Source: Prasinococcaceae sp. CCMP 1430
Taxonomy: Eukaryota > Plantae > Prasinodermophyta
Reading direction: 5' to 3'
Length of the DNA: 64,000 nucleotides
Assembly: GCA_013416795.1 (NCBI GenBank)
Contig: RQSC01000005.1
Coordinates: 264,733-328,732 of the forward strand
Part shown: in pieces, positions 22,800-33,589 of the stretch
How positions within the stretch are numbered: the first letter of the stretch is position 1
Layout of the letters: each line of letters starts with the position of its first letter
Notes under the pieces: generated by a model
What the model saw: the letters and a program-made list of their open reading frames with translations, nothing else
The model's database searches: none
What the model was told of the DNA's origin: nothing
Made by a program: the position numbers and the translations under genes

Positions 22800-23250
22800 N
22801 NNNNNNNNNNNNNNNNNNNNNNNNNNNNNNNNNNNNNNNNNNNNNNNNNNNNNNNNNNNNNNNNNNNNNNNNNNNNNNNNNNNNNNNNNNNNNNNNNNNN
22901 NNNNNNNNNNNNNNNNNNNNNNNNNNNNNNNNNNNNNNNNNNNNNNNNNNNNNNNNNNNNNNNNNNNNNNNNNNNNNNNNNNNNNNNNNNNNNNNNNNNN
23001 NNNNNNNNNNNNNNNNNNNNNNNNNNNNNNNNNNNNNNNNNNNNNNNNNNNNNNNNNNNNNNNNNNNNNNNNNNNNNNNNNNNNNNNNNNNNNNNNNNNN
23101 NNNNNNNNNNNNNNNNNNNNNNNNNNNNNNNNNNNNNNNNNNNNNNNNNNNNNNNNNNNNNNNNNNNNNNNNNNNNNNNNNNNNNNNNNNNNNNNNNNNN
23201 NNNNNNNNNNNNNNNNNNNNNNNNNNNNNNNNNNNNNNNNNNNNNNNNNN
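22800..23250. other. Assembly gap flanked by G and C runs
   Basis: Run of n. Confidence 0.99.
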
Positions 23251-23756
23251 NCCCCCCACCCACCCTTCCCTGCCAATTTTGCGAACAAGAAAGTGAGCGC
23301 GCACTGCACGGTAAAATAACGAGTACATGTACGAACGCGAGCGTGCGAGGAAACCGCTTCGCGCGCTTGGCTTCTACATCATCGTCCGCCTTGTATCCGG
23401 CACTCTTTGACCCTTCCACGGCTGCACATTGATCATTGCCTAGGTCGGTGGTCTCTTCGTTCGTAGATATTGGAGGGCTCTCTTCGCTGCGCCACGCCGT
23501 AGCGTGGGCATCCCTACTGCACGTCTGACATCACCACGGGGGGCGCACGCGCGCTTGTGCGCGCGCACTTAGCAGGCGAGGGGTCCGGCGAGGGCGACGC
23601 GACCGCTGCAGCGCCGTGCGGGCCGAGAAGAATGCTCTCCGCGCTCCTGACGAGGTTTGCGTGCGCCTCGCGAATGCGCTCGCGCGCTGCCCTTTCGGCG
23701 CTGCGACGAGCGGCCTTGGCCTCCCGCGTGCCTGCAGTGCGGAGCGATTCCAATAG

Positions 23757-24563
23757 TCGCTGCGCGACCTCGAGCAGCGGCTCCGGCGGGCGATGCGCTC
23801 GCTGCACGCGCGCTTCGCGGACGCGGCGCCGCTCGTGCAGATGTGGGTGCCGCAGGACGTGGCGTGGCTGCCCGCGGACGAGGCCACGTGTCGCGTGCCG
23901 CAGCAGCTCAGCACCGACGAGTGCCCGTTCTGGATCGCCGACGGCGAGCTCGCGCCGTTCCGCGAGACGAGCTGCAGCCACACCCTGCCGCGCAACCGCG
24001 GGCTGCCCGGCCGCGCGTGGGGCACCGGCGCGCTGCAGGTGGTGCAGTGCATGACCGAGATGCCCGAGGATGAGTGCCCGCGCAAGGACGCCGTGCCCTG
24101 CCTCGTCAACGCCGGCGTCACCAGCGCGGTCGCGGCGCCCGTCTTCGCTGGCGGCAGCTCGCCCGTCGCGGTCATCGAGCTGTTCGTGCGCGACCCCGTC
24201 GATTGCTCCGACCGCATGATGGAGATCGTCGCGGGCGTCGCCGAAGTCTTCGAGGCGGAGATGCTCGCGCTCGGCCCGCCCGAGCACAAGACCGTCGAGC
24301 AGACGCGCGCCCTCAACAGGGCGCTCGAATTCCGCGGGGCGACCCTCGGCGGCGCGCAGCGGCAGCTCGTGTGGACCGCCGCCTCGCGCGCGCCCGAGCC
24401 AGGGGACGACCGCGCCGAGTGCGGCTCCTCGCGGGGCGACGACATGGTCGAGGAGGCCCCGTCGACGCCGCCCGGTTCGGTGGGGGCGCACCTGGGCAAG
24501 CGGCATCGCTCTTACACGCGCGACCTCTGCGATCTCGGCGCGGAGGCTGATGGCAGCGCATGA
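23757..24563 (+). CDS. NIN-like protein (NLP) N-terminal GAF-like domain protein without RWP-RK; 5' exon uncertain
   Basis: LEQRLRRAM, LVQMWVP, LSTDECPF, FRETS, GLPGRAW, AAPVF and VIELF follow the NLP GAF pattern. Confidence 0.7.
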   Translation, partial: SLRDLEQRLRRAMRSLHARFADAAPLVQMWVPQDVAWLPADEATCRVPQQLSTDECPFWIADGELAPFRETSCSHTLPRNRGLPGRAWGTGALQVVQCMTEMPEDECPRKDAVPCLVNAGVTSAVAAPVFAGGSSPVAVIELFVRDPVDCSDRMMEIVAGVAEVFEAEMLALGPPEHKTVEQTRALNRALEFRGATLGGAQRQLVWTAASRAPEPGDDRAECGSSRGDDMVEEAPSTPPGSVGAHLGKRHRSYTRDLCDLGAEADGSA

Positions 24564-25839
24564 GCTCGCGCGCGAGCCGGCCGCCCGCCGGAGTTTTTCG
24601 CCCCTCGCGCACGGAACCAAACACCTAATACACGCCCTCGCCGCGACGCGGGAGAGGCGCGGGGACTCGCTGCTGCGCGTGCGCCGCGCCCCTGCGGCGT
24701 GCCGCGCATTCGCTAGTCCCTCCTGTAGCGTAACGTAATCACTGTACGAGTACCTCTGGCTCCTCCTCGGAGACACCGGTCATGCTCGGGGAGGACTGCC
24801 ATTGCGCGGCGCGCGATGAGCGCGATGGAGCGCACACTGCGGCGGCGCGCTCCGCGCGATGGCTGGCCAGCACGTGGCGTCGTGGAGCTGCAGCAGCTGC
24901 TACGACATCACCCCGAGCGACGGCATCGAGCTCAGTGCGCTCTCCCCCACCGAGCGTGCGTGGCGAGGCGCGACGCGAGAGGTCGCTGGCCACGGCTCGT
25001 TGGCACGCCTTGCCGCCGAGGGCGGGTCGCCTCCTGGCGCGCGCGTCGCGGCCGCGTGCGCAGCCATCGTCTCGCTCCCGCCGGCCTGCGCTCCCGGCTG
25101 TCCCTCCGCGCCCCTCTCGCCCCCGGTCGCCCGCCATCGCCCCCCCCCCTCCTTTCCGCCCCACTCCCACTCCCCCCGCTCCCGGTCCCGCCGGCCCTCC
25201 CTGTCCGTCGGCCGGTCGGTCGGAGGACCGCCCAATTCGGCCCCGCGGGACGTCGTCCCCGCCTGCGTTTCCGCAGGGCCGCCGCGCGCGCGAAACTCCG
25301 GGAAAATCCCGCGCAGGCGAAGGGGAGCGCGAGCGAGAGCGAGGACCCCGACGAAGTGCGCGCGCGCGCGCCCGCCCGCCACCTGCGCTTCTCCGCCTCC
25401 GCGTTGGGTTTAGGTTTGGATTATTTGCGGTCAGCCAGGGAATCAGGGTGCGCGCCTTGGGCGCGCGCGCGCGCGCGCGCATGCGCGTTGATGGGGCGCC
25501 GGTTGGGCGCCGGCATGCTCTCTTTCTGCACTCAAAAGTTCTTTACGTGTACTTTTGATTCGAACCTCTCCACACATGCGCGCGCTGATGACGAGGATGC
25601 ACCTGTCGTCCGACGAACGTCATCAGAATACACTCTATTTTGTGATCGGAACGGAAATGGGAAATGCGAATGCGGTATGGTGGGGCGCATGCATGCGCGA
25701 GTGGTTTAGGTTTGTATTGTTTGCGGTTGGCTCGTGGGGTAGGGTGTAGCGGACATTGGCTGGCGCATGCGCGTTGATGGCGGCGGCGGGGCCCCGCGCG
25801 CGCGCGCGCGCGCGCGATCCCCAACGAGCGGCCCGCGCG

Positions 25840-25903
25840 CNNNNNNNNNNNNNNNNNNNNNNNNNNNNNNNNNNNNNNNNNNNNNNNNNNNNNNNNNNNN
25901 NNN
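25840..25903. other. Assembly gap in the 5' region of the beta-carotene hydroxylase gene
   Basis: Run of n. Confidence 0.99.
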
Positions 25904-26820
25904 CGGGTGTGCCGCAGCGGCGCGCTCGCCGCGCCCGGTGCGCGGCGGTGCAGGCGTCGCCGAGTGGGCAGCAAAACAGGGCGCCCGAGGGCGTGCCCGC
26001 GTCGGGCAGGGCGCGCGGAGAGGAGCGCGCGGTCGTCGCGCGCGCCGTCGCGGGCATCGATGCCCCCGAGGTGGCGCAGTCGGCCGCGGAGACGATGGCG
26101 GCCGAGGAGCAGAAGGCGGCGCTCCGCGCGAAGCGCGCGGAGCGCGCCGCGCGTCGCAAGACGCAGCAGAACGCCTACCTGGGCGTGGCCGTCGCGTCCA
26201 CCGCCGCGATGACGCTGGCAGTGGCCGGGGTGATCTGGTGGCGGTACACGCGTGAGGGACTCCACGGCGAGAGCGGCGTTGAGCAGTGGGTGGAAATGTT
26301 CGGCATATTCGGCCTTACGTGCGGCGCGGCGTTCGGCATGGAGCTGTGGGCGCAGTGGGCGCACGACAAACTGTGGCACAATTCGCTGTGGTCGTACCAC
26401 GAGAGCCACCACAAGCCGCGCGAGGGCATGTTCGAGAAGAACGACGTCTTCGCGCTGGTGAACGCCCCGATTGCGATCGCGCTCGCGGCCTACGGCTTCC
26501 TCAACGACGGCTTGGGGCCGGCCATGTGCTTCGGAGCGGGTATGGGCATCTCGCTCTTCGGCATGAGCTACATGTTCGTGCACGATGGCCTCGTGCACAG
26601 GCGCTTCCCCGTCGGCCCGCTTGGCGACGTCCCATACCTGCGCAGAGTGGCGCTCGCGCACAAGATGCACCACTCGGAGAAGTACGGCGGCGTGCCGTGG
26701 GGCCTGTTCCTCGGCCCGCTCGAGCTCGAGGCGGTGGGCGCCAAGGAGGACCTCGACCGCATGATGGCTGCGCAGACGCGAGGGGACAGCAAGGAGGTCG
26801 ACCGCATCGCGGGGCTTTGA
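25904..26820 (+). CDS. BCH: Beta-carotene 3-hydroxylase (non-heme di-iron), plastid-targeted; 5' end in or near the gap
   Basis: WAHDKLWH, HESHH, NDVFA, YMFVHDGLVHRRFP and HKMHH histidine boxes. Confidence 0.95.
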
Positions 26821-27042
26821 TGCGACGAGGCGCGTGGGCGGGTGTGGGGTGTGCGATGGGGTGCAAGGTATTCATAATGAACGTTCGTGCGTTTGTCCGA
26901 CCCGCCCGCCCATCGGCGGCTGCTGCACCGCCATGCGCCACCCGCGAGCCGGCGCGCCACACCTCGCGCAAGCAGAGCGCGCACTCACGTCGCCCGGATA
27001 GGATGGTAGCGCCTCCTTTTATACACAAGCTGCCGGCGACGC

Positions 27043-27352
27043 TTACTGGCCGATCGAGAAGAGCGCCTCCACCGCGCCCTTGCCGTTCTTCAGGCCCTGG
27101 ATGCTGATGCCCAGGAACGAGATCATTGCGAGGCGGGAGTGCTTGATCTCCGCGGTCTTGAGCGAGAACGCCTTCTCGGGGTCCGCAGCGAGGTTCAGCG
27201 GGTCGAAGGTGCCGCCCGGGTAGCAGCGCTGTGTGGAGTTGAGATTTCGAGCGCGCGGGGTCGCAACGGTACAGGCGCTCGAGGGTCAGCGCAGGCGTCG
27301 AGGGGGGGGGGCCTTCCCTAATTACCGGGCGGCGGGGATGTCGGCGCTGGCT

Positions 27353-27403
<51 letters not shown>

Positions 27404-28438
27404 CGATCGGCTCGCGCGCTCTCGGCGCCGGATCGACAGGGCGCACGCGCGTCGGGCACGCGACCCTTCTCGCTTTCTTTTCCCCTGGGAGGGGAAACTC
27501 TGTCGTGCGCACGCGCGCGCGCGCGCGGGCGGAGACGCGCAAAGCACGACCGCGCACGCCCCGGAGCAAAGCGTGTGGTGGTTGGGCATTGGCACCCCAC
27601 CGCGCGCGAAGGCAGCAGCGCTACGCACCAGCTCGGGGTCGGTCTGCGTGTTGCGCGCGACCTCGATGTAGCCCATGAGGAGGACCTCGATGATGCTGAG
27701 CTGCTTGATGGTGAAGGGGAGCTCAAGGCCGGCGTAGTTGACGTTGTCGATCTCCCTCGCGCCGATCTCGAGCCACGTCTGGCCGGTGGTGTTCTCGGCC
27801 GTGACCACGCCGAGCACGGCGAGCATCGCCCAGCGGCCGTGGATCACCTCGCACTCGCGGAAGCGCTCGATGCCGAAAACCTCATCGTACGGCTGGAACT
27901 GGCTGTCGGCGTCGACCTGCACCTTCTTGTTCTGCTTGATGAAGCCGATCGGCTCGCCGGTCTTGTTCACCGCCTTGTTCTGGTCGAGCTGGTCGACGGA
28001 GAACTGCAGGTACTCAACGGGCTTGGCAAGGCCGAAGGGGTCGCAGCCGACGTCGCCCGGGAGCGAGCCTGTCCAATGGCCGGGCAGCAGAGCCAAAGGG
28101 GACGGGCACCGACAGAGCGCATGGGGCGACGCGAGACCACGCACGATCGAGGCAATCGCGGCGGGCGTGGCGCGGGCGGCGCAAGGCAATCGCACAGGCA
28201 GAGATGTCGGCGGCGCAAAGAGCACAGAGCGACGTGGGTGCGCGTTCGCGGTCAGCATCGCGCAGCTGTCGCACTCGACCGCAGGCACTCACACAAACGG
28301 CTGCGCGTCGCGGTCGCGCCCGCTGTGGCTGGCGCTGGTGCGATTCCGGCGCGGGAGAAATCCGGCCAGGCAGGTTGGCGCGCGGCGGGCACGTAGGCGA
28401 GGGGGAGGAGAGCGGGGAACCCCCCCCCCCCCCCCCCC

Positions 28439-28473
<35 letters not shown>

Positions 28474-28829
28474 AGGCTTGGCAACACCGTAGGCATCCAG
28501 CCGCGCCCCCGCCGCGTGCGCCCCTGGCGGCGCGCACCGCTTGGGTGCGCATCGTGGCGGCGGCGGCTATCGCTCCACGCCCTCCCCCCCCCCCCTTTTC
28601 TCCCACCCACACCCACCCCATCGCCACGCACAAAGGCCCGACGCAGCTCTGCGCGCGCACACGCACCGTCGAGCCACGGCGGCGGCACGGCGCCCGGGAA
28701 CCACACGGGGCGGTCGGCCGACGCGGTCTTCTTCGGCGCCACCTTCTTGGTGCCGAAGCGGCCGCCCTTCTTCGCGCCGACCTTCTTGGTGGCCGCGACG
28801 GTCGCGGCGCGCTTGGTGGCGAACGCCAT
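27043..28829 (-). CDS. LHCB4: Chlorophyll a/b-binding protein CP29; exons 28829-28667, 28068-27629 and 27228-27043
   Basis: RPVWFPG, the CP29-specific EYLQFSVDQLDQN insert, QPYDEVFGIERFRECEVIHGRWAML, YPGGTFDPL, EIKHSRLAM. Confidence 0.95.
27353..27403. repeat. Poly-G tract of about 50 nt in LHCB4 intron 2
   Basis: Read directly from the sequence. Confidence 0.9.
28419..28472. repeat. Poly-C directly followed by poly-G (self-complementary) in LHCB4 intron 1
   Basis: About 22 C then about 32 G. Confidence 0.9.
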
Positions 28830-30163
28830 CTTGTCTGGTCTGGGGATGCGGCAACTGCGCAGTGTGGCACGCGCGGCGCCCGGCCGCCGTCCCACCCCAC
28901 CTCCTCCACTCCCCCCCCCTCTCCGCAACGCCCCCTCCCCCTCTCCCCCCGCTGGCGCTGGCGCGAGCGGCGAGCGCAGCCGCCACGGCCGCCGCCGCCG
29001 CGGCGGCGGCCGTCACAAACCGCAACCCTCACATTATGGTTATTTGTATAGGGTTTATTTATACATTTTACAAACCCTGATGATCTCATCATACAGAAAC
29101 TCCAGTGATGTGTCCGATTCGAACGTTTCGTTCGCGCAGCCCCGCAGCGAGGTTGAGCCACGCCTCACGACGTGCATCACCGCGCACCTCATCACGGAAT
29201 GTGCACGCATCCGCGATGTGCGCATCGAACTTTAAAAAAGTCGGGAGCATCGCGCAGGAACCGTGGATCAAACCCGGAAAACGACCGCAGCGCCTGATGT
29301 GTGAGATGACTGAACCAAAAAGGCATTTGGTTGACAGCTACGGTCGGCCAAAAGGAAAAAGCACGTGTGCTCGGGCTGTCGGGGCGAGAACACGGAATGC
29401 GGCAGCTTCCCGCTTCGGTCGGTCGGCTGTCCGCAGCGCAGCTGCGGCGGGGCTCGGATGTTTTCGTGGGTTCGGCCTGCGCGTGGGCCCGGGGCGGTTG
29501 TGGGGCCTGGTGGCTTTCTTCTGGCGCCTGGCTGGCGCGAGCGCGCAATGAGAGGGGCGCGGCGCGGCGCGTGCGCGCCACAGCGCCTCGGCGCGGCGCG
29601 GCGGGCTGAAGGACGGGGGGTGTTCGCGCGCGCGCCCGAGCGCGCGGCTCGGCCGGCCGGATCAAAACCCCCCTGCGGCCCGGCGCGCTCCCTCCGCCTC
29701 TCCCACGCGCCCGGCCTGGATCCACGATGCACCCCTCCCAGCATATGATCTGATGGTACCATTTGTGCGCGCTCGGGTTGTTGCGTCCGTTTCTTCTCTC
29801 GCCTCGACGGTTTTCGCGCCCGTTTTTGGCGTTAGATCGCGCCAGGCTCGTGCCCTCGAATTTCGCATCCCGCATTTTCTCGGTCCGCTCCCCTTCCGCG
29901 TGCGCTCCGAGCAGCGGGCGCGCGCGCGGCCGCGCGGAGGATTCGGATTTCGCGCGGCGAACCCGCGCTTTCGTCCGCGCGCGCGGGCGGGCGCCCGGCG
30001 CGCGCGCAGATATTTCCATATTTGTCGCGAGCGCGCCGCGCTCCGCATTCGTTTTGACCTGACTCGCGGTGCAATCTCATGCTTCGGTCGGGGCAGTCGT
30101 CCACGCACGCCTGCACTTTGATGAACTTTTTTTTTCATATGAAAAAAGGTATGATCAAAGTGC

Positions 30164-31287
30164 ATGTTCGACGGGCGCGCGAAGTGCTCCCCCCAACCGG
30201 TTGCGCGCGCCGCTTTTGACGCGCGCGAGGAGTAACCAGCCGCCGTGGTGTGCTGCCTGCGAGGCGCGCGGCGCGGGGCGGCAGGGCAGGCGACGCACGC
30301 GCGGCGTCGGCCGCGCTGCCGCGCGCCGCCGCGTGCGCGCCGGCCAACAGCAGGCAGAACCGCTACTGCGACGTGCTGCCGTTCGACGCGAACCGCGTCG
30401 TGCTGCGCACGGACGACGAGAGCAGCGTGGGGCGCGGCGGCGACGCGAGCAGCTCGGGAGACTACGTGAACGCCTCGTGGATCCGCCCGCGCCGCGCCGC
30501 GGCGGCCGGGGTGCCGCAGGCCGCGGTCGACGCGCTGCCGGACGCGACGACCAGGGCGGCGCTCCAGGCGGCACTGCCTTCGGAGTACATCGCCTGCCAG
30601 GGCCCGCTGCCGCACACCACGAGCGCGTTCTGGCGCATGGTGTACCAGACGCGCTCGAGCGCCATCGTGATGGTCACGGGGTACGTGGAGGGTGTCACGG
30701 ACAAGTGCGCCGTGTACCTGCCGCTCGAAGTTGGCGCGACCGAGGTGCACGGCAACCTGGCCGTGCGGTGCGTGGGAGTGCACGAGATGGCGCTGCAGGG
30801 CGAGGGGGGTAATAGCGGCGGTGGCAGCGTCGAGGAGGTCATCGCGACGGAAGTCCAGCTCGAGGTGGCGCCGGCGCAGCAGGGGGCGCATGGCCAGGGC
30901 AAAGCGCTGCGCGTGTCGCAGTTCCACTTCCGCGTGTGGCGCGACCACGACGTGCCCGACGAGCGCTACCTGCCCGCGCTCGCGCGCTTCTCGCGCCGCG
31001 TGCGCTCGCACGCGGTCGCAGCCGGCGGCCCCGTCGTCGTGCACTGCTCTGCGGGCATCGGCCGCACGGGCACGTACATTGCCATGGACGCCATCATCGG
31101 CGAGGCCATCGCGACCGGCAGGCTCTTCGAGCTGTCCGGGCTGGTGGGCTGGATGAGGACGCAGCGCGTGGGCATGGTGAAGAACGCGCAGCAGTACAGG
31201 CTCGTGGCCAAACTGCTCCAATCGGAGCTGCAGCACCTCGAGGCACACCGGAGAGTCTTGCTCAAGGGGCGCGCGGGGGCGAGATAG
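30164..31287 (+). CDS. Classical protein tyrosine phosphatase (PTP1-like); probable short first exon from 30164
   Basis: NRYCDVLP, YVNAS, YIACQGP, FWRMV, KCAVYLP and HCSAGIGRTG; variant WRD loop and Q-loop. Confidence 0.9.
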
Positions 31288-31442
31288 CAGCGCCGGTGCG
31301 CGCCCCATGTTGTGAACACGCCGAAGCAGCAGTTTTACACGTTGATTGAACCAATCGACGCTGCCACGAGGATAATGGTACAGATGGGCCCAGGGCGAGC
31401 GGGGCGCCGGCACGGCTGCCCTCAGCCCGCATGCCTCTGGGA

Positions 31443-31445
<3 letters not shown>

Positions 31446-31482
<37 letters not shown>
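31446..31482. repeat. (GT)n microsatellite
   Basis: Read directly from the sequence. Confidence 0.95.
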
Positions 31483-31484
<2 letters not shown>

Positions 31485-31505
31485 ATGCATGCGCGCGCAA
31501 CAATC

Positions 31506-32265
31506 CTATGGCTCGCCGGCCGCAGCAGCCTTCTCGATGGACAGCTTGTTGAGGACCATCTCGACCTCCTGCCAGCTGTGCACCACGGTGACGTTTTCGT
31601 GCAATGGAGTCGCTGGCTTGCTCCACGGGTAGCTTCCCTCGAAGTCGAACAGCAGCACCCGCATCCCGGCCTGGGCACAGTCCATCGCGTAGCCGACGTT
31701 GTCGTCGATGAGCACCTCGGCGCCGATGTCCTCGCATATCTCGCTCTTCTTGCGGCTCGGCCCGGACATGGCCCAGTGGTTGCCGAAGTGCACCGCCTCG
31801 AATATGCCGTCGAAGTGCATGTCGATCCACTCGCGCGTGTCGTCCTCGATGACGTGCTGCCTGCTCGTCACGATCTCGAGCTCGATGCGTCCGCTGGCCT
31901 TCATGCGGGTCAGCGTGTGGAGCGCACCAGCCACCGCGGGGATCTTGACGAAGTGGTGCGACTCGAAGAAACTGTGCACGCGCGCGTTCGACTCGTCCTG
32001 GTCGCACCCCCACACAGTCTTGAAGTCGTACTGAAGGTAGTGCTCCACACCATAGCTCTCGCCGTACTCGTCGTGCACGTACTTGTTGAGCTGCGGGACA
32101 AAGTGCCCGAGCACCTCGTCGATGTCCACCGCGACCTTGAGGTTCGCGCTGCCATCGCCGGGCTGTGAGGCCGAGTGCAGGGGCGGCGTGAAGGTCGCGC
32201 CATCGGTCGTGGCGGCCTCCGTCGCCCGCACCTTGCGGCCGCGCGCGGCGCCGGACGGGCGCGCC
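31506..32265 (-). CDS. HAD-superfamily 5'(3')-deoxyribonucleotidase-like protein; upstream exon unresolved
   Basis: VAVDIDEVL, IVTSRQ, KKSEIC, LIDDN and HSWQEV. Confidence 0.88.
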
Positions 32266-33589
32266 TGGGGGGCATGAGAAGAAGAGCGTAGAGGTGTGCC
32301 CCGGGGGGGGGGGAACACACCGCGAGACGCATGTGCGTGCGTGTGCGCCGCGAGGGGGGAGGGGTGGGCAGGAGCGGGGGTGGCGAATGGGGGGGAGGCG
32401 TGCGGAGGGGGTCACAGGGATATGACCCTCGTCGTCAGCTCGCGACGCCGCCGCACACCGCGGCGGCGCGATGCGCGCCGCTGCGCGCGGGTAGGGGCGG
32501 CGGTTGACGCGCGCGCATTTTCGAATTCAGCGATCCCCGCCAATTTCGCGCACACGCACGCACGCGTGGCGTGCCACGCACGCGTGGCGTGCGACGCGCG
32601 CCGAGGCGTGGCGCGCGTGGCGGTGGCGCCTCCCGCAGAGAGGGCGGAGAGCGGACGCTGGAAGGCCGCGGGCGCGCGCCCCGAGGCCAAATACCTCAGT
32701 AGGGACACGGCGCAGCGCGGTGGCACGCGCGCCGCGGCCGCCTGCGGGCGCGCAGCCGTTGTGCGCAACCGCAGCAATGGCTGTTCGGCTGCCAGCGCGA
32801 GGGATCCGAACGATAGGTGGTGGGTGGGGTGGGGTGGGGTGGGGTGGGGTGTGCTCGCTCGCGCTGTGTGGCGCGCACGGCCGCGGCACGAGCAAGCTGC
32901 CGCGGGCGCCACGCGCGCGCGCCGCCAACCCCAACCTCTCCCCAGAACTCCACATCAAAATACACTCGAACCCATCCCAAATTGTGAACCCTACCTTAAA
33001 TCCCAATCACTCATTGGCAGGCGATTCGCCACTCATTCGCGGCCGCGCTCGCGCGCGCGCAGACGCGCGCGCGCTCAAAAAAAAAAAAACGCTCGCGGAC
33101 GCGCGAAACTCCGGCGGATCAAACGCGCGCAGTGCGCGCGCGCGTGCGCGCGGTCGCAGTCACACACGCGCGCGCGCGAAAACGCGGCCACACACAGACC
33201 AAAAAACAAATCCAAAAAAACGCGCGCGAAACTCGGCGCGGCGAGCGCGTACGCGCGCGATCTTTTTTTTTGGTTTTGCCGTTTGTGTTCGGCGCGCGGG
33301 CGCGATCGGCGCGCGCGCGTTCGCGGTCGGTGTGTGGCTTTGCTATGCGCCCGCGTTCGGCAAGCGCGCGCAGAAAGCGCGGAAACGGTTTCGAAGCGTG
33401 CCTCATCCGGGAAACGGACCCCCCTTCGCCCCGCTCCCCCGTGCCCGTTCCGGTTGGGGAACGGGGAGAGCGGATGGATGGGGGGGGGGTAGAGGGGGGG
33501 GAGGGGTGGAGCGAGCGAGCGCCGCGCCGCGCCGCGCCGCGCCGTGCCCAGCGGTGCGATGCGCCGCCCGCGGACGCCTATTAACTACG

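Noticed and set aside
23300-23419. MEGSKSAGYK... ORF start running into the gap
   Set aside because: Too short to identify; the rest would lie in the Ns.
24739-25130. Possible small gene between the NLP-GAF and BCH genes
   Set aside because: Several overlapping frames, none with a recognisable motif or a clear start.
25550-25570. GGTTCGAATC on the minus strand, resembling a tRNA T-loop
   Set aside because: No pairing T-stem, acceptor stem or D-arm.
29662-32415. Long antisense ORFs (also 5039-6406, 49483-50808, 56960-59170, 61099-62649)
   Set aside because: Shadow ORFs of real genes, expected at high GC; Arg/Ala-rich with no motifs.
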